A DNA stretch of 63,610 nt, filler included, from Candidatus Woesearchaeota archaeon (GTDB lineage: Archaea; Nanobdellota; Nanobdellia; Woesearchaeales; GCA-2687795): the NCBI GenBank assembly GCA_030753365.1. It is 10 parts of 10 records of this genome, joined end to end, with 100 filler letters (N's around TTAATTAATTAA, not from the genome) between each part and the next. Parts side by side here need not be neighbours in the genome. Positions count along the whole stretch, not along the records: positions 41,412 to 45,207 come from JASMCJ010000006.1; positions 45,308 to 47,578 come from JASMCJ010000009.1; positions 47,679 to 59,224 come from JASMCJ010000010.1; 7 more parts are not named here. One strand, written 5' to 3'. The translations under genes were made by a program, and so were the position numbers. Positions within the stretch are counted from its first letter, which is position 1, and each line of letters starts with the position of its first letter. Below the pieces are notes generated by a model. The model made no database searches. It was not told the origin of the DNA and worked only from the letters and a program-made list of their open reading frames with translations. This document shows, piece after piece, positions 43,011-51,193 of this stretch.

Positions 43011-43385
43011 TTATCTTCTCTTCCTTGTTTTCCTGCTTTTGCTAGTTTTTCTCTTTGGCCTTGCCATCTTCTTTGCTACTCTTCTTGCTAATGGTTTAGC
43101 TCTTCTGGCAGCCTTTCTTACAATTGCTCTGGCTTTTGGCTTGGCTTTCTTAACTGCTCTTTTTGCTAGAGGTTTTGCTCTTTTGATAACTTTCTTTACA
43201 GTTCTTTTAACAGATTTTCTATCCTCTCCAATTCCTCTAAGAATTTGATCAATGATATATTCTCCTTTCTCCTCGCTTTTTTTGCCGATACTATAGAATT
43301 TTTTGACCTTGCCTTTAGCTTTCTTTCTACTCCATGTAAAAGCTCCTAAACCTACAAGAAGCCCCTTTTTAATCTTATCAATCAT
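43011..43385 (-). CDS. Very basic protein: phasin-like N-terminus + histone H1-like AKP-repeat tail
   Basis: IKKGLLVGLGAFTWSRKKA...KGEYIIDQIL, then K/R/A-rich AKP repeats; GAGGTGA SD. Confidence 0.6.
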   Translation of the reverse strand: MIDKIKKGLLVGLGAFTWSRKKAKGKVKKFYSIGKKSEEKGEYIIDQILRGIGEDRKSVKRTVKKVIKRAKPLAKRAVKKAKPKARAIVRKAARRAKPLARRVAKKMARPKRKTSKSRKTRKRR

Positions 43386-43470
43386 ACTAATCACCTCTTT
43401 CTTTATACAAATCCTGAAGCTTTATGTTTATAAAGTTTTTGTTTTAGGATAAGGAACTTAAATCCTTTGT

Positions 43471-43758
43471 TTATTCTTTTACGACTTCTATCTGGCCAAA
43501 CTTGCCTGTTGATAGTTGTTTCTCACCCTGCCATTCGCCTACGTAGCCATTGATAATATGAACCTTGTCACCTGCTTTTACTTTATCAATGTCATCATTC
43601 CAGAGTGTGAGCTTGATTTCACCGCTTTCGTCCTTTGCTGTGGCATTAGCTACTTTGCCCTGCTTACCAAACTTTTCAAATTCTTTTGGTTCGCTAACTT
43701 CTGTTATTTCCACAACAATATCAACATTACCTTGTCTTGCTTCTAAATCTTTTATCAT
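43471..43758 (-). CDS. ssb: Single OB-fold ssDNA-binding protein (SSB/RPA-like)
   Basis: KVANATAKDESGEIKLTLW, NGYVGEWQGEKQLSTGKFG. Confidence 0.88.
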   Translation of the reverse strand: MIKDLEARQGNVDIVVEITEVSEPKEFEKFGKQGKVANATAKDESGEIKLTLWNDDIDKVKAGDKVHIINGYVGEWQGEKQLSTGKFGQIEVVKE

Positions 43759-43832
43759 GTTTCTTCACCTCGAATAGTAATTGACTACAAATTTGTTTTT
43801 GTTTATAAATTTGTTGAATTTTTGGAATTCTG

Positions 43833-45207
43833 TTAATGGTTTGTTTTATAGACTTTTGTGTGCGTTATTTTGTTTTTGTAAACAAGGTTGAAGGAAGTTT
43901 CTATGCTTTTGATGAAGTCATCGGAGTAGACTGCAGGCTTGCCTGGCTCTTGTCCATAGAAAGTATCTTTTTGGTTGACCCAAATATAGTTCATATTGTG
44001 GTCTTCTATTGCCTGCATAAGGTTTTCTTTGAAAGGAGGTTCTCCGGTGTGGTGGGTTACCCTGTTAAAGTTATAAGAGTAACATTCTCCACCAGGCACT
44101 AATATTTTTGCGTCTTCAGGAGTGTTTTGTTCTATCCAGGTGAAGTCAGGCTTATAACGGTTCCATGAGTTTTTTACAACTATAGTTTTTGTGAATTCAA
44201 TGGATGTGAATCCTATTATTAAGGAAGACAGGAGGATTATGAGGAGTATTCCTAGGATTTTGCTTTTGGAATTATGGATTTTAATTTTATTATAGATATT
44301 ATCAAACCCAATGGCCCATAAGATGGCAATGATTGGGAATATAGGGATTAGGTAACGGCTTAGTAGGCCGGACTTGCTTTCTATTGAGGTTGCTAACATG
44401 AATGAGAATAGTAGGTATGGCAGGAGCCATGAACCAAGGATAAAGGCTGATTTGCTTTTGAGTTTTATTTTGAATAATCCTATTATAGTTGGGAGGATGA
44501 ATAGAGCTGTTCCTATGAACCAAATAGCTAAGAATAGTTTAATAAAGGGAACCTGGAGGAAGAAGAGGTTTTGAGCATAACCATCAGGTACTCCAAAGAA
44601 GGAAAGGTAAGTTTTTAGCATGCTGCCTGGACTGATTAGATGTATTAAATGGAGCTTACCTCCCCAGCTGTCAACTATAGCGCTTTTGAGGAATAGTGAA
44701 TTGAAGAGAGGATATATTGGATTGCCTAATAAGATATAGTTCCTTATGAACCAGAAAGAGCCTATAGCAAGTGATGTTATTGAGAATATGAATATTTTCT
44801 TTAGCGTTTTTATTTTTTGTTTATGATTGTTGTAGATAATTATGAATATGGGAATTGGAAATGCAAATAAGGCATTATATTTTGTCAGAAAGGAGAGGCC
44901 TATTAGAATTCCTGATAGAAATATTTTATTTCTGAGGATATAATAAATCCCCATTGTGACTAGTAAACCTATTAGTATGTCAGGGTAGAACATTGAGCTA
45001 TGATATATATGGTCAGGAATGAATGTTAAGAGTAGCACTGAGTAGAGTGCTATTTTGGCGTTGAATAACTTTCTACTAATAAGATAGGTGTAAGCCAACA
45101 TTAGAGCTCCGCATATAGGTACAATCAATCTGAGAGAAAATTCTGCAAGTTCATTCCCCAAGACTGAAAAGATCTTATAAGATAGCACTCCAACTATGTG
45201 TAACAAT
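43833..45207 (-). CDS. GT-C membrane glycosyltransferase (PMT/GT39-like; 5'-truncated)
   Basis: Multi-TM; LRL, GLSFLTKY, WFIRN...GNPIYP, RYLIP. Confidence 0.8.
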
Positions 45208-45307
45208 NNNNNNNNNNNNNNNNNNNNNNNNNNNNNNNNNNNNNNNNNNNNTTAATTAATTAANNNNNNNNNNNNNNNNNNNNNNNNNNNNNNNNNNNNN
45301 NNNNNNN

Positions 45308-46454
45308 TACCCCTTCCAAAGCTATCATTCCTTACAGCCATCACTCTTTTAATGTAAGGCTTTTCAATTTTCTGAATAGTAAAGGTATACTCTCTTAGAA
45401 TCCTTGAAAAATTGTCATGATCATAATCACACAACATATTGATTACCTTTCCTTTTTCTCCTGCCCTTGCAGTTCTTCCAATCCTGTGTACATAATCTGT
45501 TGGATCAGCAGGAAGTTCATAGTTATATATATGAGATACATTATCAATATGAAGCCCTCTTGCAGCCACATCAGTACATACTAGTACCCCTATCCTTTGA
45601 TCATTAAAAGACTCTATTGTTTGTGTTCTCTTGTTTTGCGTTAATCCGCCATGAATTGATATTGCATCAACTTTGTTTACTCTAAGATTTTTAACAACAA
45701 AATCAGTTGTTCTTCTTGTATTGCAGAAAACCATTACAAGGCCAGAATTTTCTTCCTTAAGTAAATGCAAAAGTAAAGATAATTTAATATTCTTTTCAAC
45801 ATCATAGTAAACCTGCTTAAGCTTGCTTGGATCAACCTGGTTATCTACTGAAACATTTATAGGTTGTGTCATATGCCTGTTAGCCAGATTTTTCACTCTT
45901 GATGATATGGTTGCAGAGAAAAACAATGCCTGCTCTTTGTTTGGGCATGCATGAATTATTCTTTCAACATCATCTACGAATCCCATATCAAACATTCTGT
46001 CTGCTTCATCTAATACTAATAATTCAACTTTTGAAGTATCTATTGTTCTCCTTTCAAGATGATCAAGCAACCTGCCAGGTGTGGCAATCACAACCTCTGA
46101 CCTTCTCAACTCTTGAATTTGAGGATTGATTGACACTCCCCCATAAACTGCAATAACATTCAGCCTTTTCTGCGCTGAGAGCTGTTTTAGCGAACCTTTT
46201 ACCTGTTCTGCAAGCTCTCTTGTAGGAGTAAGAATTAATGCTTGTACGCCTCCATGAGGAGTTACTCTATCAATAATACCACAGCCAAAAGCTAAGGTTT
46301 TTCCAGAGCCTGTTGCTGATTCTCCTATTACATCTTTTCCCTTCATAATATGAGGAATAGATTTTTCTTGAATTTCTGTAGGCTTTTCAAAGCCTAAATC
46401 TTTAATAGTTGTTAATAGTTCATTGCTTAATCCAAAATTGTCAAATAAGTTCAT
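45308..46454 (-). CDS. DEAD-box RNA helicase (3'-truncated)
   Basis: Q motif PTEIQ, ATGSGKT, PTRELA, TPGR, DEAD, SAT, ARGL, HRIGRTAR. Confidence 0.96.
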
Positions 46455-46621
46455 TGTTCTTATACCTCATTGTTAGTTATAGCACTTCCCTAGAAAAAGC
46501 TAAATGTTCATCAACTGAGCAAGTGCTCTCTCATCAACAGTAATGCCTTAAAATTATGGAAATACTTCTACTATATAAAGCTTTCCATATTTTAATTACC
46601 TTTAAGGGACAGAAAAAGAGA

Positions 46622-46822
46622 TTACTCAGAATCACTTTTTGTTACATTAACTGCTTTTGGTCCCCTATCGCCTTCTTCAACATCGAATGTAACAGCATCA
46701 TCTTCATGTAGTGTTACACCTTCTGCTAGTGCTGACTGATGTACAAAATACTCTTTACCATCATCAGCGGCAATAAAGCCAAATCCTTTCATTTCATTAA
46801 AAAACTTTACTTTTCCATTCAT
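46622..46822 (-). CDS. csp: Cold-shock protein (CspA family)
   Basis: GKVKFFN, KGFGFI (RNP1), YFVH (RNP2), GPKAVNV. Confidence 0.96.
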   Translation of the reverse strand: MNGKVKFFNEMKGFGFIAADDGKEYFVHQSALAEGVTLHEDDAVTFDVEEGDRGPKAVNVTKSDSE

Positions 46823-46834
46823 CTTTGTTTACCT

Positions 46835-46966
46835 CTATGAGCTTTCTCGCTCATTATCAATTTTCAGTTGGCAACTATTGCAATAGTATTTTTTTGATTC
46901 GCCTTTACTAACAACGAACCTCTCTTTGCACCATCTGCAATATTTAACTATCTTATAGTCTACCAT
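46835..46966 (-). CDS. 43-aa zinc-finger microprotein CxxC-x15-CxxC (not in ORF track)
   Basis: MVDYKIVKYCRWCKERFVVSKGESKKYYCNSCQLKIDNERESS; ATG about 25 nt below a TTTATAAA box; stop abuts the csp SD. Confidence 0.7.
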   Translation of the reverse strand: MVDYKIVKYCRWCKERFVVSKGESKKYYCNSCQLKIDNERESS

Positions 46967-47009
46967 TTATAGTTAAGAGAATGCTATTCCTTTATAAATA
47001 TTCCTATAT

Positions 47010-47270
47010 CTATTCCTTCATAAACAACCCGCACCAGCATTGATTTTTTTCCTGCCATGTTTTCTGCGCTTTAAAGTTACAAGGACAGAGTAAGCTGACA
47101 TCCTTCTTGAAGTCTCCTGTCTTGACTTGGCATGGGCAATATCTTGAACCAGTTTCTTTTTCATTCTTAAGCACACCGGAAAGTACAGCATCTGTATGCT
47201 TACTATCAGGGTTCAACTGGAAATCATTGCCTTCACAAAACTTCCCAAACACTTCCCTTAATTTGTTCAT
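47010..47270 (-). CDS. Ferredoxin:thioredoxin reductase catalytic-subunit-like protein
   Basis: LNPD, YCPC, LCPC, QCWCGLF (CPC/CPC/CxC). Confidence 0.85.
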   Translation of the reverse strand: MNKLREVFGKFCEGNDFQLNPDSKHTDAVLSGVLKNEKETGSRYCPCQVKTGDFKKDVSLLCPCNFKAQKTWQEKNQCWCGLFMKE

Positions 47271-47410
47271 TCCATTACCTTCAACGCTTCTTCTTTTGTT
47301 GCTTCAACATAAGCATTTGATGTTTGGCATGTAGGGCACATCTCAGGTCCTGTAACGCCATAATGTATGTCATTGCACACATTGCATCTCCAAAACTTTT
47401 TGTCTGCCAT
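47267..47410 (-). CDS. 47-aa rubredoxin-like protein (not in ORF track)
   Basis: MADKKFWRCNVCNDIHYGVTGPEMCPTCQTSNAYVEATKEEALKVME; GGAGG SD; ATGA overlap with the FTR gene. Confidence 0.8.
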   Translation of the reverse strand: MADKKFWRCNVCNDIHYGVTGPEMCPTCQTSNAYVEATKEEALKVME

Positions 47411-47424
47411 TTTAGATTCCTCCA

Positions 47425-47578
47425 TTATTTACTAAATACAAACAGCTCTTCTATTGTTGTTTTTAACGCTTTTGCAACATCATGCGCTAACTGAAGGGAG
47501 GGATTGTATTTTCCCTTCTCTAAGAATACAATGGTTTCCCTTCTGACTCCAACTTTCTTTGCGAGATCTTCTTGTGTA
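47425..47578 (-). CDS. XRE-family HTH regulator (5'-truncated)
   Basis: [46 protein letters not shown]. Confidence 0.88.
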
Positions 47579-47678
47579 NNNNNNNNNNNNNNNNNNNNNN
47601 NNNNNNNNNNNNNNNNNNNNNNTTAATTAATTAANNNNNNNNNNNNNNNNNNNNNNNNNNNNNNNNNNNNNNNNNNNN

Positions 47679-48694
47679 TAAAAGAAATGGTCAAACACAC
47701 AGTCTGCCTTGAATATGGAGCAGTAACCGACGTAACCCCTGACGTAAGAATCACTCTCTACAACTCAGGTCATATTCTTGGTGCTTCATTAGTACATCTT
47801 CACATAGCCAATGGGCTGCACAACCTTGTCTATACAGGCGATTTGAAATATGCAAGAACACAATTGCTAGAACCAGCTGCCACTCGTTTCCCGCGGCTTG
47901 AAACATTGCTCATAGAAAGCACCTATGGTGGAAAAGACAACGTCTTGCCCCCTCAAAGAGAAATGGACAATTATCTCAAACAAGTTATAAAAGAAACAAT
48001 TAAAAGAAAAGGCAAAGTTTTGATGCCAGTGCTTGGCTCAGGAAGAGCTCAGGAAGTAATGATCATGATAGCCAATATGGTAAAAGACAAAGAGGTTCCA
48101 CCATTCAATGTTTACATTGACGGCATGGTCTGGGACGTAACAGCCATCCACACTGCCTATCCTGAATATCTAAATCATATCATAAGAAAACAAATCTTCC
48201 ATAAAGATGAAAACCCATTTTTACTGGACGTATTCAAAAGAGTAGGCTCACAAAAAGAAAGAACACAAGTCATAGAAGAAGAAGGCGCCTGTCTTATACT
48301 AGCCACCTCAGGAATGCTTGTAGGTGGTCCTTCAATGGAATACTTAAGAAACCTTGCAAGCAATCCTAAAAACTCATTAGTATTCTCCTGCTATCAGGGT
48401 GAAGGCAGCCTTGGAAGAAGAATCCAAAGAGGCGACAAGGAAATCTTCTTCAAGAACGGCGCAAAACAGGAAACCTGTGAAATCAAAATGCAGGTTCATA
48501 AACTTGAAATCACAAACCATTCTGACAGAAGACAGCTAATGAACTTTGTATACAAATGTGAGCCAAGGCCCAAAAAAGTAATCGTCAACCATGGTGAAAA
48601 CAGCAGATGCCTTGATCTGGCATCATCCCTTCACAAGCAGTACAGGATAGAAACCAGTGCTCCAAGAGACCTTGAAGCTGTAAGAATAAAGTAA
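47679..48694 (+). CDS. aCPSF1/FttA beta-CASP ribonuclease, C-terminal part (5'-truncated)
   Basis: NSGHILG, YTGD, ESTYGG, GRAQE, ATSGML.GG, HSD, NHGE. Confidence 0.92.
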
Positions 48695-48735
48695 ACATTT
48701 AAGAATTACTTCTGATTTTGTATTAAACACCTAAA

Positions 48736-48866
48736 GCTCTCGTAGTGTAGTCCGGTCAAGCACTAAGCCCTCTCGAGATTAAAACATAATTCAGAGATAG
48801 GCTTAAACTCGGGTTCGAACACATTAAGTTTAAAGAAACTTATGCGCGAAAGTCCCGGCGAGGGCA
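48736..48866 (+). tRNA. tRNA-Glu(CTC) with two introns: 48776-48798 (37/38) and 48820-48852 (59/60)
   Basis: Spliced: GCTCTCG TA GTGT AGTCCGGTCAA GCAC T AAGCC CT CTC GA GGCTT AAAC TCGGG TTCGAAT CCCGG CGAGGGC A; BHB central helices CTCT/AGAG and TTCG/CGAA with 3-nt bulges. Confidence 0.92.
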
Positions 48867-48934
48867 TACTATTTACTACTATATAATGGTTGTTTCTGGA
48901 AAGATTTATAAATAAAGGTATATATTGAAACCAT

Positions 48935-49729
48935 ATGGCAAAAATTACTGATAAGGAACTATATAGTATTTTAGTACCTGGACATATTCTAATTAGAAGG
49001 AAGGATACACCGCGGTTCTCACCTAAATGTACTAGTACTATGTTTCAGAAAGTGCTTGAGCATGACAATTATGATAAAATCTATAAGATATTAGATCCTT
49101 TCTGTGGGAATGGCACTAATCTTACAACGCTTAATATAATGTATAGTGATTTCATTACTTACTTGTTTGGCTCAGACATTAATCCTAAAGCAATTAGTGC
49201 AACAAATATAAATCTTGAAACTTTGAATAATCTTGATGGAATTGAAAAAAAGGTTGATTGTTTAGATAATTTACTAAGATTTTTTAGACAGGAAATATCT
49301 GAACATCAAAGTAATAATGATTCAGCTGAATTAAGAAGAAAAGTAAGATCTACAGAAAAACGTATAGAAGACACGTATCGTTTAGGAAAATATTTAGAAG
49401 AAAGAAGGAGAGATTTTGCTCCTTATCATGTATTTGAGGCAAATGTTTTAGTTCCTAAGAGAATCATCCAAGAAACAGGAGGAAATATTGATCTTATTTT
49501 TACAGATCCTCCTTATTCAAAGCAAAGTAAATGGGTAAATGAAAACGGTGAAGATGTTCAAAAAAACCTTATATTAAGATTTCTGCAAGTAACAAGAGAT
49601 TATCTTAATGATGATGGAAAATTAGTGGTAATATTTGATAAAGAAGTTGAATTAGAATTTCTTGGATTTGGTGTAAAACAAGAGGTTGATTTACACAGGA
49701 GAACTGGCTATATCTTGGTACCAGAATGA
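48935..49729 (+). CDS. SAM-dependent methyltransferase, AviRa-like (putative rRNA MTase)
   Basis: G.IL...TPRF...MFQKVL, LDPFCGNG..LTTL, GSDIN, helical insert, DLIFTDPPY....W. Confidence 0.7.
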   Translation: MAKITDKELYSILVPGHILIRRKDTPRFSPKCTSTMFQKVLEHDNYDKIYKILDPFCGNGTNLTTLNIMYSDFITYLFGSDINPKAISATNINLETLNNLDGIEKKVDCLDNLLRFFRQEISEHQSNNDSAELRRKVRSTEKRIEDTYRLGKYLEERRRDFAPYHVFEANVLVPKRIIQETGGNIDLIFTDPPYSKQSKWVNENGEDVQKNLILRFLQVTRDYLNDDGKLVVIFDKEVELEFLGFGVKQEVDLHRRTGYILVPE

Positions 49730-49775
49730 GCTAAAACCATAACCTTTTTAAGCACACTAACATTTACATTATACA

Positions 49776-50183
49776 ATGAAACAAAGCTATACCATGCCTA
49801 TAAACGAGCTGATAGACAAAACAGCGCAGGATTTAAAGAAAATTAAGGAAATAAAGCCTCCAGTTTGGGCAAACCTTGTAAAAACAGGCGTTAGCAGAGA
49901 AAGAGTGCCAGTAGAAAAAGACTGGTGGTATTCTAGAACTGCCTCTATCCTAAGAAAAGTTCACATCCTAGGCCCTATCGGCACCTCAAAGTTAAGAACA
50001 AAATATGGCAGCAAAAAGAACAGAGGCGTTAAGCCTGGAAAGTTCTACAAAAGTTCAGGAAACATAATCAGAAAAGTACTTCAGCAGTTAGAGACTGCCG
50101 GCCTTATCATAAAAAAGGACAAAGGAGTTCACAAAGGCAGAATCATAACCTCTAAAGGCAAGTCATTATTATTCGGAAAATGA
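49776..50183 (+). CDS. rps19e: 30S ribosomal protein S19e
   Basis: PVWANLVKTG, WWYSRTASILRK, SGNIIRKVLQQLE. Confidence 0.96.
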   Translation: MKQSYTMPINELIDKTAQDLKKIKEIKPPVWANLVKTGVSRERVPVEKDWWYSRTASILRKVHILGPIGTSKLRTKYGSKKNRGVKPGKFYKSSGNIIRKVLQQLETAGLIIKKDKGVHKGRIITSKGKSLLFGK

Positions 50184-50491
50184 GTGACGAACTTGAAGAG
50201 CTCAGAAAACAGAAACTAGCAGCAATGCAACAACAAGCAGTTCAGGAACAGGCGCAAATCATGCAGCAGGTTCAGCAACTGGAAAATCTTGTAAAGCCAA
50301 GAATGACAAAACCTGCCTTAGAAAGGTTTGGCAACATAAGAGCTGCTCATCCTGACAAAGCCGTTCAATCATTGGTTGTATTAGCGCAACTAATCCAATC
50401 AAACAAACTAACCATAATTGACGATACTACTTTAAAAGAAATTTTACTAAAACTAACACAAGAAAAAAAAGAATTCAAACTAACGAAATGA
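50180..50491 (+). CDS. PDCD5-family DNA-binding protein
   Basis: ELEELRKQKL, MTKPALERFGNIR, IDDTTLKEIL; conserved S19e-PDCD5-L39e-L31e order. Confidence 0.9.
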   Translation: MSDELEELRKQKLAAMQQQAVQEQAQIMQQVQQLENLVKPRMTKPALERFGNIRAAHPDKAVQSLVVLAQLIQSNKLTIIDDTTLKEILLKLTQEKKEFKLTK

Positions 50492-50498
50492 TAATAAA

Positions 50499-50672
50499 AT
50501 GGCAAGATATACACACTTAAGCAAAAAGCTCAGACTAGCTAAGCTAAACAAAAGAACAAGATGGGCACCTTTCTGGACAGTCTTCAAGAAATACGGCAAA
50601 GGAAGAAGAGTCCATCCTGGCAGGCACACAGTCCAAAAACGTTCATGGAGAAGAACTAAAACAAAAGCATAA
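50499..50672 (+). CDS. rpl39e: 50S ribosomal protein L39e (not in ORF track)
   Basis: MARYTHLSKKLRLAKLNKRTRWAPFW...KRSWRRTK; synteny. Confidence 0.85.
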   Translation: MARYTHLSKKLRLAKLNKRTRWAPFWTVFKKYGKGRRVHPGRHTVQKRSWRRTKTKA

Positions 50673-50677
50673 TTAAA

Positions 50678-51136
50678 ATGGTAGAAAGAACCTATAATGT
50701 TCCACTAAGGAAAGCATTCCAAAAAGCTCCAAGATATAAGAGAGCAAAAAGAGCAATCAACACTCTAAAGATATTTCTAAAGAAGCACATGAAATCAGAA
50801 GACATTAAGTTAGGAAAACATCTCAATCTAAAGATCTGGGAGCATGGCATAAAAAACCCTCCTCATCATATTAAAATCAATGTTACTAAAGATGATAAGA
50901 ATGTTGTAAAAGCAGAATTAGTAGGCTTTACTTATGAAGAAAAGTTAGAAGAAAAGAAAGAAACCAAAGAAAAGAAGAAAGAAAATAAAAAGGAAATAAA
51001 GCAAGGCGAAAAAGAAATCAAAGGTGAGTTAACCAAGCTTGAAGGCAAAACAAAAGAGCTCAAAGAAGGCGTACACAAAGAAGGCAAGAAAGCCATGAAG
51101 AAAAAGTTAGAGCAAGAACTTAAAGAAAAGAAATAA
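50678..51136 (+). CDS. rpl31e: 50S ribosomal protein L31e with K/E tail
   Basis: ERTYNVPLR, KRAKRAI, LNLKIWEHGIKNPP. Confidence 0.95.
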   Translation: MVERTYNVPLRKAFQKAPRYKRAKRAINTLKIFLKKHMKSEDIKLGKHLNLKIWEHGIKNPPHHIKINVTKDDKNVVKAELVGFTYEEKLEEKKETKEKKKENKKEIKQGEKEIKGELTKLEGKTKELKEGVHKEGKKAMKKKLEQELKEKK

Positions 51137-51193
51137 CTTCTTGAGCAATTTACAAGAATATATTTATACTATAACTGTTTCTGACACATTAAA

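Noticed and set aside
46823..46970. Long cspA-type thermosensor 5' UTR
   Set aside because: The interval is filled by an intact 43-aa CxxC/CxxC ORF, which explains it better
48935..49729. Restriction-modification DNA methyltransferase (DPPY motif)
   Set aside because: No partner nuclease or specificity gene and no clear target-recognition domain; layout fits AviRa-like RNA MTases better, though not excluded without a profile search
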